Source of the DNA: Utricularia gibba
Lineage: Eukaryota; Plantae; Magnoliophyta
Assembly: GCA_002189035.1 (NCBI GenBank)
Contig: NEEC01000018.1
Span: forward strand, 496,001-560,000
Length of the DNA: 64,000 nucleotides
Reading direction: 5' to 3'
In this document: positions 51,767 through 64,000 of the stretch, in pieces
Numbering within the stretch: the first letter of the stretch is position 1
How the letters are laid out: every line of letters begins with the position of its first letter
The notes under the pieces: model-generated
Database searches by the model: none
The model's input: the letters and a program-made list of their open reading frames with translations, nothing else
Told to the model about the DNA's origin: nothing
Position numbers and translations under genes: made by a program

Positions 51767-54700
51767 CAAATTATTTGATATTTATGAATAACATATTTAA
51801 AAAGTCAATTATTTATCTTTTTAAAAATAGATTTTTAATTTCAATTCAAAACTTAATTTTTTTTCAAATAAATATAATATTTTATAAAATCTATTTTCGA
51901 GCATTTTTATTAGAAAATAATAAAAAAAGCAATTTACATCATGTCCACACCAACATGGCTTATGTGGTGGTGGAGGGCATGGTATAAGTGGGTACACATT
52001 GGTCCAAACATTTAATAAAAAAATAACTGTTGGAATTTTCAATGCCAATTTCATTATTTAATAAAAAATAATTGTTGAATTTTTCAATGATTATTTTATT
52101 AATTTAATAAATAAATATTTTTAAAAAAATTTCTATAAATACCATATATTTTACATAAATTTTCATTTCACTTTCAAACATTTATTTTACTTATTTCATA
52201 CATTCTCTTATTCTCTATACAAACATTCATTTTTATTTTTTACATCTACATCCTCAATCCTTTCATTTATCATGACAACAATTTCAATGATTTTACTATT
52301 TATATGATGTTCGACGGAATATCGGATGAATATTTTGGATTCAAAAGAGGAATCAACTTTGAATTACTCTGCCATCATTTATATGTTATAATAGGTACTC
52401 TAAATTAATATTCCCTTAAAATTATTATCCAATACATTGAATACAAAATTAGTACATGAAACTATATTCTAGAGCAGACTTTTAATTCAGAGACGCATTT
52501 TTCCAATATTGGAGGTGTTGATGAGGCCCAAGATGTATTGGCTCATCTTGCATACTCAACCCATTGAACCCCAATACATGGGGGTTGGAGGCAGGGAAGG
52601 GCATGATCCTTTTTGCTGGAAATTTCAGGTACTTGTGAAAACCACTTCCAACTCAGTGTTGGGTTTGATTTGGGGATTGAATTTATTTGGGTGGGGCACC
52701 CTTCTCAGGTTATTGAAGATTGAAGTTCGTAGTGTTTCTCTAAAGCAATGATTTGGAATCTTGATGGCATATTCATTCTCTATATTTTCCTTCCAGTTTG
52801 GTTTCTTAGGGGAGTTTGCCCTCTCGAGGAGATCTTTCATGAATTTCGTTGCTGTTTGGCAATATAATTACGCTCTTTGTTTTGTTTGTTCTTGTCAAGA
52901 GATTCTGAAAATTTGTCTATTATCTTTGAGGAAGAAATCGAGTGTTTTTATTTTCTTTTGACTGGCGTCAGGTTGTTAGGTTGAATCTAATTTGTTCTTC
53001 AAGTATGAGCATCATCTTTGTGTTATGGAGAAGGAACAATAGGCACTTTCAACCTAATCTATTTGCAAAGTTGTGAGCAATAAGAGTTAGGATTAAATGT
53101 AAGAAAACTGTGTTATCATGGGAAAAGAAATAACTCTTAAAATTTGATTCTATAATTCCATCAAATTAGGAACGGTATTATTAGGATTATCGAATATTAT
53201 TATTCACTGGACAACCGCTTCATGGGTGAATCCTATACCCTATTTTTCATTGGTTCATCACAAGTTATGTGAGTTAACATCATTTTTTTTATTATTTATA
53301 ATGATCAATCCTTAATCTCTTTATTTTATATATTTATAATTATCATAAGATGTTATTATGCATGTACAAAATTCCAAAAATGAGTTTGGCATGGCACCTT
53401 CTTGACAACATATTGACACAAGACGATAAAATGAGCACCATATTTTAAGTTAATAAATGTGACTCAAGAAGGATAAGAAAATGAGATGCATGATTCCCCA
53501 TCGCCATTTTACTGGCTTCTCTGAGTGCCAGAAATTGGCTCTTTGCCAATAAGTTAGTGAGGTACCGGCAATTTGTAAAGTAGTGGATGTTTAGGGAACT
53601 CCACCTTATCCTCTACATCTACCTACGCCTATTTTAAAGCAGTTGTCAAGTATGCAGCCCAAGTCCCAATATGCTCATTTTTCGTTAGGTCAGCAAACAC
53701 TTTCGATCCAAAGCTTCCAGAAAACCCTCTCCGATTGGCTTTTCTTGTCATCGTCGAAATTAATGTATATCGGAAAACAGAAAGGGTCTCGAACCACGGC
53801 TCTCTCCTCACCTACAACCAATGTGGAAAGCAATGACTCAAGGCCAGGTCCGGTGGTCTCGCTATGTGACAAAAGGAGCAAGTTGTTGCTCAATCAACTA
53901 CTCGGCTAAGATCATGATTAATGGTTGAACGTGAGGAGTCCATACATGATCATTACATGTTCTCTCCAACACCACACAGACAGACCACATCACTCTCAAA
54001 TTCGACAACATGGTTGTCAGGAAACATCGGAACCGAGAGCTCGAAGAACCCATCACTCAGTGGGGTTTCCAATTTGTGAAAAATGAAATATGATTCCTTT
54101 CAATGCTAGAAATGCTATGATCCACAGTGAAAACTGAGAAATGGTTATCTATTGTTGAAATTAAAGATCTTATTGGTCAAATGAATATATATATATATAT
54201 ATAAATTAAGTGCATAAGAAATATAAATTACATTAGAAAATATTAAATCAATTTAATTATTAATCATTTATAATTTTTTTTTATATATTTGATATTTCAT
54301 TTTCAAGTTTCCATATTGCATTTGTTTGTTCTAATATCAATCCTATCTATTTGATAAAAAAAACCTCGGTAAAAGAGAACAAACAAGAAATTGACAGTTG
54401 CGCCACCTCCCCTAACTGAGTAGGAAAAGACAAAGAAGAAAAGCTGCAGGGATGTCATCTAATTGAAGGTAAAAGAAACGATGTCTTGCAGCCCAGTTCT
54501 AGAATTGACTGCTTTCGTACATGCATCAAGCTGGTAATTCATGCTTACGAAATGGACAACTACATTTGTTTTGTGTTAAACTTTCTACATGATTCAGGTT
54601 CCACTGGTGTGTGAATCTATCTCGTTTGGGAAAATCGACCGCAAGCGTTCAGCAGAGAGTTCACTCGTTTTTCTCGAAGGTCAGTATCATGGTGCACAAA

Positions 54701-55336
54701 GAGTGCATTTTCCATAAGATTTTTGTGAGTGAAAAAAAAAAAGTTACCGCAAAGAGCACTATAAGAAAAGCATTGATGCCAAGCACGGCATGAGACTAAA
54801 ACATATATGGTGGTTTGGGTGGGGGTTTTCTATGGGATTTTTAAGGTGTAGTGTCACATTTTAAAACGAAATGGGGCTTCTGGACCACTTATAGGCATGT
54901 TGCCTCATCAGACAACTTCCGGATACGGTACATGTTCTAACACTGACAACAAGTGCTCACTATGGGAAAAAGTAAAATTGTTTCGAAATGCCTCCAAATC
55001 ATAGGAAGCTGTCAAGCTTATGGCTTTAAAAATGTCTGTTTTTTTAATTTTCTTAGGGCATTAAACCCTGGAAGTTGTACCAAGCAATAGGTTCATGTGG
55101 TCTCCCAAGACTGCATTTTTGTTGGTATGCATCAAACGTATTCTGTGAAAACAAAGGGGAGGAAGTAATGATGAAACATCGCATTCCTTCGCCCACGATG
55201 ATGCTCACAACTCAACCTCCATACACCTAAATTTTCCATGCACCTTTCCAACAACCACTGCTACATAAATTCTTCAACCCTCTTGCACAATTTTTTCAAA
55301 ATCCCACTTGCGAGTTCGATTCCTAACACAATCGCA

Positions 55337-56474
55337 ATGGATTTGTCACTAAATGGTCACTCCAACGTCCCACCCGGATTCCGGTTCCACCCCACCGAGG
55401 AGGAGCTTCTCCAGTACTATCTCCGGAAAAAGGTGGCCGGAGATAAAATCGATCTCAATGTCATTCATGATGTTGATCTCAACAAGCTTGAGCCTTGGGA
55501 TATTCAAGGTATTATTAGTTCATCTGACTACTAAGCAGCTTTCTAGGCGAATCTTTTAGTTTCACTTGTGCATATCGTCTCGTCGTGTAGATAAGTGTAA
55601 GATAGGGTCTGCTCCTCAAAATGATTGGTACTTCTTCAGCCATAAGGATAAGAAGTACCCGACGGGGACCAGAACCAATCGAGCCACCGCTGCAGGCTTT
55701 TGGAAAGCCACCGGTCGGATAAGGTCATCTATAGCTGTTTCACAAGAATCGGGATGAGAAAGACTCTAGTTTTCTATGGAGGCAGAGCTCCGCATGGCCA
55801 AAAAACCGACTGGATCATGCACGAATATCGCCTAGAAGACAACAAAGCTCATGAATCCTCCAATGTAATGTAACTACTCTTGCTTAGCAACTCACATTTC
55901 CGGAATTAGTGTAAGATTACGAGGATTCTTCTACTAATGTACATGATTGATATAGGCATCAAATGCGATGGGAGATTTTGGATCTGAAGAGGGTTGGGTG
56001 GTTTGCCGGGTTTTCAAGAAAAAAAATCACCATAAAGGAGCCGAATCAACATCATCATCGCCATCTACATTGCCACGAAACGATAGCGTGATAGACCAGC
56101 TATTGATGTACATGGAGCGATCATCTTATTGCAGTCCGGAGAAGGATGTGAAAATGCACTTCTCCACTAATCAGCCCATGCAGCTTCCAGGCCTAGAAGC
56201 TCAGCCTCTCACCAATCCATCGTATGCTCAACCGGAAATCAAGCCATCTGCTGACTGGGCCGCCCTCGATCGCCTAGTAGCGTTTCAGCTCAACGGGCAG
56301 CCATGCAGGCATCAGAATTTGATATTCTCGTGCGGCGAACAAGAAGATGATGCCCAACTCATAACCATTCAGCAGTGTGGGGAAGATGAGGATGATCGGG
56401 GCGAGTCCGATCTTTGGAACTTCGCTCGATCTTCGGGATCAGCATCCGATCCGCTGTGTCACTTGTCCGTGTAA
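55337..56474 (+). CDS. NST1: NAC transcription factor, NST1/SND1 (secondary-wall master switch) clade; exon 2 is 1 nt short (frameshift) in this sequence
   Basis: Exons 55337-55508, 55591-55864, 55956-56474. Motifs [68 protein letters not shown] box MQLPGLE, WQ box [13 protein letters not shown]-terminal [19 protein letters not shown] is present where GGT CGG GAT AAG (GRDK) is expected. Confidence 0.92.
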
Positions 56475-56856
56475 GTAACTCCAATTTGAAAATTGAGGAG
56501 AAAGATAGTATGCATCTCATATAATTTGCCTGAGGGTCCTCAATAAAGCTAGATTGTATTTCACTAATTTTTTTTTCCTTTCCCCTCTCTGATCTTTAAT
56601 GTTTCGAATGGGAGTGTATACGTTGGAAGTGTAATCAAATATTTCGCAATTGTGAGCAAGATTAGATGAGCAGTTAAGCACGTTTTTCCACTAAACCAAA
56701 GTAATAAATTAATAAAATATAACTTTCTTTATGAAATATAATCAAATAATGAAAAATAAGAAATAAATAAGCTATATTTAAATTTAATTAAATGAGTAGT
56801 TAAGCACATTTTCCACTATAGTTATTTTTAGATTTTTTTAGGAGACAAATAACTTA

Positions 56857-59006
56857 GGGCGCGTTTGGTTGTTGGGTTTAGGTGGATTACGGTGTGGGTT
56901 TAAACATAAACCCATGTTTGGTACGTGGGTTTCAGGTAGGTAAAAATAAACCTACCTGTTCCATAAACCGGGCGGGAACCCGTGGAGCTGGGTTAAACCC
57001 AGGGGGGGAGGTCGGTTTAGCTAAACCCATCTCATCACTTCCACTTTTGCCCTCGCGTGAACTACATTTGAACGCAGATCTACAACTCAGATTTGATAGC
57101 TGGTTTGCCGATGGCGTCGCCTGTTCTTTGAGCGCAAGAGGGTGGATCTTTCAGTAAGTATGCAGCTACCCCATTTTCTAGAAATTGTGTTTCATTAGTA
57201 GAAAAGGGGATGACCTTTTAGGCTGTGTAAGTATAGCTGGGAGGTGATTTCTTTCTCCCATCTCTACTAATCATTAGTTTTTTTTATTTGTAAATGATTT
57301 ATCATACTAAATTTATGATTTTTTTTTATGTTTTTGCATCATATTAGGTAGTAATTTCATTTGTAGGAAGGCTTTATGATAGACATTATTTTTTTTTTAA
57401 ATGTTGTAGGACAATTAGTATTTTTTGGACTTTGGTTTCAGTTATTTTGCTGAAGCACCCCTTGCATGCAAAGAGAAGGTTGAAGAAATTCTTGGTTATA
57501 TGTTGACGCTTCAGGGGCAGGATGAGTTAAAGTTAGACTTGCAACTGTCTAGTAGTTTTTTCCTTGACAGTTTGAGTTTTTATATGCTGACCTTGTTAGT
57601 TTTTAATCGATCACTGATCGCGGTGGCACCGCATGTTGTAACATCCGGTGCCATCACTGGATTTGAAACCTTGTGTCTAGACGTGGTGCTTCGTAATATA
57701 CAACACCAACACGGTACTAGTCCATCACTACTCAATAGCACCGCTCTAAATGTGGTGGTAGTTGCAGTACGGTGTTTGCGGAAGAGTGCTCAACAACGAA
57801 GCACCGCGATTGTTTATACGCGGTGCTTCCACATACAAAGTCAGAACACTGTCTACCCTTTGCAGTGCTCATATCAGTTTAAAGGATGATTAAAAGATGA
57901 AATACACCTGTTCCATGAGTCCAACATAAGGCGGAGCACCACACAACAGATTTAAGATCTACGTTTGGATACTAAACTATGCACAATAAGCTCTCTTTCA
58001 CAGTCGCTAGAGGCAAGGAAATAGTGCAACCTCGTAGGGTTGGAACTAATCGTCTCTACTATGGTAAAACGTTCGATGGCAGTTAATTGCACCGGCATAC
58101 CTCTAATGATCTCCCCTGCCTAACGCTGATTATCCACCAACTCCCGCACTTGCTGCACCACTATTAATCTCAAGTGACATAGCTCTTCGCATGTGCGCAC
58201 ATTAAGCTCCTTCATTTCTGTGATAAATTGCACATCATCATCGATTCCCCTCGGTCCCCTGCCGCTTCGTCCAGTCCACCGCGACGAGTCGATGCTGTTG
58301 TGTGATTCGGAATCCCTACTAGGCGTGATGTTCACACCCTCCACAGCACAACCAGTTGGGTCACAAGGCGTGTCAACATACGAGAAGTTCATATCGTATC
58401 CAGTGCTATCCGGGTCTAGAGGGCAATCCGGCTTCCAGGCGCGTTTCGTTTTTTTGTGAGACTCTTCCATCACGTTTGGTCTATGCATACCTGCAATCTG
58501 TGATGGAGGAAATAAAACAATAAGAACAAAGCACCTACACCGAACACTATCACAAGTAAACCGTGAAATTCACTCAAAATTCAACGGATTTCAAACGAGA
58601 AACTCTGCGCAACTAAGGGAGTATACAAACTGGACTTAACCCATGGCTCTTCACTCTCAATTACTTGTGAAAACGAGAGATCTCGTCAACTGCCAGTACC
58701 GCGACAACCGACTGTGAAAATCGGTGGACGAAGGGGGTAATGGTAATAAAGAGGAATATGTATGAATGGGTAAAGTCGGTGTGAAAGCCGGTGAACGAGT
58801 GAAAGACTATATCGGTAAATTCCCATGAAAATTGTGTATAAACCCAATTTTATACCCATCTACCAAATGTGGGTTTATTTAAACCCAAATAATGTAAACC
58901 CATCAACCAAACATGATTTACAGAGACTAAACCCACAAAACCGGGTTCCCTAAACCCAAATAAATTAAACCTGGATTTAGGCCAAACCCACCAATCAAAC
59001 GCGCCC
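56857..59006 (-). mobile_element. non-autonomous PIF/Harbinger DNA transposon (2,150 bp) retaining a Myb/SANT-type ORF1 fragment
   Basis: TIRs GGGCGCGTTTGGTT (56857) and AATCAAACGCGCCC (ending 59006), each flanked by TTA (56854-56856, 59007-59009). Minus-strand remnant ~58490-57950 (..LTAIERFTIVETISSNPTRLHYF....DCERELIVHSL) resembles the ORF1 C-terminus (lower confidence). No DDE transposase seen. Confidence 0.88.
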
Positions 59007-59689
59007 TTAAAGATATAGAAGAAATAACTAAAAACCTCATTATTCTCGGATAATATAATGGATCCAAAACCTTGAAGAAATGGAAAAGAATTAAAATAAC
59101 TTTGAAATAGGATTTTTTCCATTTTATTAAAAAAAAGACATACTAGAAGAAAGTGTAACTGAAAGAAGTTGGTATTCATCGTACAAAAGATGAATTGGAA
59201 TTTTGGTTATGTGTCGTACAGTGTGTGAAAAAAATGACACCTCCAAATTCTAATGCCACCTCCTGATTGAAATAATATGTAGAACTCAAAGTAGGAATTT
59301 GGAATAATAATACAGACATAAGAACGAAAACTTACAAACGAATATGAATACTGTGTGGAGAATAGAGTATATGAAAGATGTATGAAAGATTTTTGAGAGT
59401 GAAATGAAAAAAATAAGTATATTGGATTCGGTATTTATATGTGAATTTTTAGAATAAAAGTTTTTAAAATTTTTTAAAACTAATTGTTCAAACCATGGGT
59501 TCATGTGACATTTTGAAAGGACAGTTCCACATCTTGGAATCAATTTAAAACTATGACACAGTTTTAGTTCCATAATTGGAAGTGATCAAAAAACAAAAGA
59601 GTTAAACAGGAACTAAGACATGGTTTTAGTTCGAACTAGTCACATCTCTAAACATAAGTCCATCAATCTCCTACTAATAATATCGCCTT

Positions 59690-60700
59690 TCAAAACAGAC
59701 AAAAGGCTACCTAAGATCAAGAAAACGATTGTGGCTTTATCAACAACTTGCGAATGAGCTGCACAAACATTAGTGTAATAAGACCAGCACTTTGAGCTTC
59801 ATGTGAGGTCTGATATTTCACCTTGATGTATTTTATGCTACCATGAAACATTGGATTCTTTGAAATAGTAATAGTAGACAGAGAACCACACAAAATGTTT
59901 TTAGGCCAACTTCAAATCACCCAAAAACATTCTAAGCAATTGGGCTTGATTACACATCATAGTGGTAGCATATTATTTACTCTCCATTAGTGAGTGCCTT
60001 TGTGCGCTAGGAAGCCCTATCACTTGGAAGACAAAAAAGTAACCCGAAGTGCTTTTTATATAATTACATAGAACAAGCGAATTATGAATAAAGAAACCCT
60101 CCTTCTACAGTGTATAGAATGCCAAAAATTGAAAAATCTGAAGTCTACTATAGTAAGAGAATGTATGCAATGAGATAATACATAGTTAGGAAAAGCAATA
60201 TGATTTCTTGTGCAACATAGAACATAAGCTTTCTAATCAATGATCTATAAACGAATGGATCAATTACAAGAACATCACCATGCTTGTCAATCTTATTGAT
60301 AGAAAAACTGCCTTAGAATATCACAAGTACATTTATATTGTGAAATGAAGATCCCTTGTGAAGTTTAAGATACTTTAGTTTTCTCAAAATAAGACAATTT
60401 TCCCAATTTAGTCATCTTAAACTGCGTCTAAAGCTAAGTTCTAAATTCATCATAAGCAAGACTAATTTTTCAGAGTATTAGAGTGTCATCCACATAAATG
60501 GATACAATCAACATATTTCCATCAGAAAATTTAACATAAAAGAGAGGATTAAACAATGACTTTTCAAATCCACAACCCAATATAAACTTTTTCAAATGAG
60601 CAAACCATCTTTGAGGAGCCTATCTTGAGTCATATAAGGTTTTCTTCAAATGATAAACTTTTGAAGACTCATTGGTCTTCTCAAATTCCAAAGTTTTAAA
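59690..60700 (-). mobile_element. Ty1/copia RT-RNaseH remnant
   Basis: Minus-strand traces KSTSGY (~60050) and NPMFHGSIKYIKVKY (~59850) match Copia RNaseH motifs KSTSGY and NPVFHGRTKHIxIKY. Many stops; bounds approximate. Confidence 0.55.
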
Positions 60701-63700
60701 GACATAAATCTCCTCATTCAAGAAATGGATGAGAGAGTCTTGTGTCGCTAGATAAGAAAATTAGAATCATTCAAGAAAGCCACTTCTAGATGCCTAAGTG
60801 ATCTATGAAGTTAAAGATGAGAGGATGTGGTCTCATAGCTTGATGAGGTATGTGCCTACATACCTACTAACTCATTGGACTCCATTTCTAGCTTTGTCAT
60901 GGTACTATATTGCCTATTGGGAATCAAACTTTTTCTCAATGGTGAAATACATCTAGGGATAGAAACAATGACCAACTCTCAAGAGTATTTCAATAAGGTG
61001 ATTTAAATATGATAAAAAATGATAAGTACTATCCTATCACTTAACTTTATATAAGTATAAATACTACAAGAAGAAAGAAAACAACAGCCAACTCCACAGA
61101 GTATTTCAATAAGGTGAAAAAAAACTCTAGTATTCTCATTTTTAGGATTTTCAAAATTGATAGTAGAAATTTCTCTCTTGGTGTATAAACACCCCTGGTT
61201 TTCTAATTTTATGGGCTATCAACTATTGTCAACTTGCTTTTTTAAATCTTGCCTAAAATTCAGTTTGATATTACATAAATCTCAATAAAAACAATCAAAA
61301 TTCATGAACCATATAGCAAAATTGCTAACGGAGGTATGACTTGTCTCCCTATCTTTTTTAGAATAACTAATGTTTCGCATACTTTCTTGTTTTTCTGGCA
61401 TAAAATGAACAACTTACTCAAGTCAATTTGCTACGAAAGCACTTGTGAAGCTAGTGCGTAAGGATGTTACTATTTAGTTTTTAACTTGTTTCATTTCATA
61501 CCAGCCCAGCCAATCATTCGTGTCCAAGTATAACCATAAGGTGTTGCCATATGTTGATCTCGCATGTGTGATACATGCTGCTTTTGCATGCATGCCACAT
61601 GTTAACCTAGCATTGCTTGTGTTGCATGTGTGCCATATGTTGCACATAAAATAAGGATGACGTGTAGAAGGGATATATATGATGGAATTTAGAGTTCTTT
61701 CAGCCATTATCGAGTTTTGGAAAGGCAAGGAGAAGAGGTTGACAGGAACGGTTACAGTAAGTAAGGTGAATGAAGGTTTAGAATTGATTTGGAATCTAAG
61801 TTGTCAAGGTAAGTGACATGATTGCTTTTGAAGCTTTACTTATCTTTGAAATTGATTTATGCAAACTTATGTGTCTATGTGATGTTGGTATTTAATTTTC
61901 ATTATTTTGAACGTGATTGTGGCTACCCTCTAAAACTTTTTACGTTGCATGAAGATTTTAATAAGGGAGTAAGTTATTTCATGTTATTTTGGAAAATGGT
62001 TTTCGAGTCCTAAAAGTATGATTCTCTTTATTAAGAATAACCACCCTTGTCACTTTTAAGATGGTATGTATTTTTTGTAACTTATGTAGTATGTATCTCT
62101 ATTATGTAATAAACAAGTTATGAAAGAATTAAGGAGATATGGACGCATATCTCTAGCAAAGTAGTTGTACCATGGGCATTATGGCTAATATGTCAAGCAT
62201 GTCTGAGGTATTATGTATAAATGAAAGGCAAAAAAGTATGAAAATTATGTAAGAAAGATATGATATGTTATATATGACTTGAGTCTGTGGTAGGAGGTGC
62301 TTCTTCTGATTGTTGAATCATTAAACAAGGACACCTTATGTCTCGCCTATTATGGTCTAATAGAAAGACCAAGATTGGATGGTCATGAGAAGTGAGAAAA
62401 GATAGTTATTAGGGCTCATAAAGTTTCTTTTATAAGCTCTTCATGATTTTTCTTGGTTTTTGACTTGCTTCAAAACTCAAAAGCATGTTGACTCTTTTAT
62501 TTTTTTTAGGGGATTAAGGGATAGTAGCGTAGCTTGTTTACTAAGTTTGGATGAGTATGGTATATGTATGCATAATACATGTTATGTTTGATTCTATTTA
62601 ATTATGAGTTAAGTCAGATAAAAAATATTTGGACATAGTCTTATGTCTAATTTATTTATATATTTACCCACTTTGATGACAATAGATCGTGTTATAAAAA
62701 AACAACTTGATTTCTAGTGTTTTAGCTAGAATTGAATGATCACGGCTCATCTTTCCTAGGCCTTAAAAGTGGGTCGTGATAAAGTACTCATGGAGTGGGT
62801 AATCCTATGGCAGAAGTATTTGTAGGGTGCTTTACCTCTTTTATTATTTTGTGCAAAGTTCTTTGTGAGACAATCTCTTGAAAGGCTATCTATCATGCAT
62901 GTCATCTTCCCAAGTTCATGTTGTGGTGCCCATTTTTGTGGCCAACAAATGATTATAGATTATCCCCACATTACCTCGGAGGAGGATGAATTACTCCTTC
63001 TTAGGCAACAAGGCACACGAATTGAATGAAATGAGAGGATCATTTGCAAGAGGGGGAGAGGGTAGAAAGACATTGGTATGAAGTCAAATTTCAAGTCAGA
63101 GGAAGGTTGTTAGTTCAATAGAACTGAAGACATACTTATGATGCTCTTGCTTCATAAAACCATCCCTCATACAAGAAAATGATGATGCCACTCTCATGGA
63201 GGAATACTACAATTCTCTACTTTAGGTTGGTAGTTATGCCTTCATTTCCCTTATCACATCTCATTTGTTTTTCATGTCTTATAATTTCCTCTTATTTGCA
63301 GGCTCTCAATCATGGCCTTAAGCTGACATCCTCCACTTAACTCATGGATTGAGGTGGTAATGAAGGAGAAGGCTATCCTTGCTTAGGAAAATAGAAAGCT
63401 AATAGGGGAGATTGTTGAGAAAATAGCAAAAAGAGAAACTTGATATAGAGAGAGTGGAAGTGGAGCTTCTACACACTCAGAAGTACTTGGCTGAGTTTGC
63501 GTTGTGATTAGAAGCAGATATCAAATGTGAAAAGAAGCTTAAGGAGGAAGGACAACAGCTGAGGGTCCATGATCCTAAATGAAGCACAATGAGCATACAT
63601 CATTCATACCATATAGTTTGGGTTATGCAAGTGGCTACTTCTTAGCAACTCTTAGTTATACCCCAGCTATCGCACCATCATCATAGCCAACAACTATTCA

Positions 63701-64000
63701 AGATAAAGCTCCTTGCTCCAATTTATTTCTTAAATTTCTTGCAATAACAATAGCGAACTTTTCCAAAGACTTTAAAAGAACTAATAGAAGGTGTTTCTTT
63801 TTTAAAACCATTTCTTAAATGAAGTTACAAATGAAATAGCTTTGCAAAATAATCTATTTTTTAAAAGCACAAAAATTGGAGTAAACAATGGATCATATCT
63901 AGAATGCTTTTATTCTTTATTCAGAGACTTCATTTTTGGGGGGATCATAAGGTTATAGAAAGATGATGATTAACCTCTGAGTCCCTTAATAAGGTTTCAA

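Noticed and set aside
52500-54070. Moderately GC-rich segments with 60-88 aa ORFs upstream of NST1
   Set aside because: No family motif recognised in any frame; could be decayed LINE or gene fragments. A tBLASTx search would decide.
61500-63600. Gypsy-like LTR end (GGGTCGTGATA, ~62770) and exon-like fragments near 63.0-63.6 kb
   Set aside because: Too degraded to delimit or classify.
1-64000. CRISPR arrays, rRNA, tRNA genes, miRNA hairpins, organellar insertions
   Set aside because: None recognised by eye; tRNAscan-SE and Infernal/Rfam would be needed to exclude them formally.

Overview
Plant nuclear DNA. The GBSS transit peptide resembles the Antirrhinum type, suggesting an asterid, probably Lamiales (inference). 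Six genes splice into intact frames with GT-AG introns: PARN/AHG2-like deadenylase, ENODL phytocyanin, LecRK-S.7-like kinase, SLO1-like E-class PPR, SRP72 and GBSS. Two secondary-wall NAC factors (SND2-like at 3.4-4.4 kb, NST1-like at 55.3-56.5 kb) each lack one G in a short G run, which frameshifts them. A CCR-like/PAR SDR is a multiply damaged pseudogene whose catalytic YxxxK motif is split by a 5,041-bp Copia with non-canonical TA...TA LTR ends, a 5-bp TSD and a non-iMet primer-binding site. Intergenic DNA is AT-rich and holds further TE remains: three more Copia relics, a hAT transposase, a PIF/Harbinger element with TIRs and TTA TSD, and a Ulp1-protease pseudogene. Best leads are the paired NAC frameshifts (real loss versus assembly error) and the TA...TA/odd-PBS Copia. 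I cannot demonstrate a wholly new system from sequence alone. All family and ortholog calls are from recalled motifs, not database searches.
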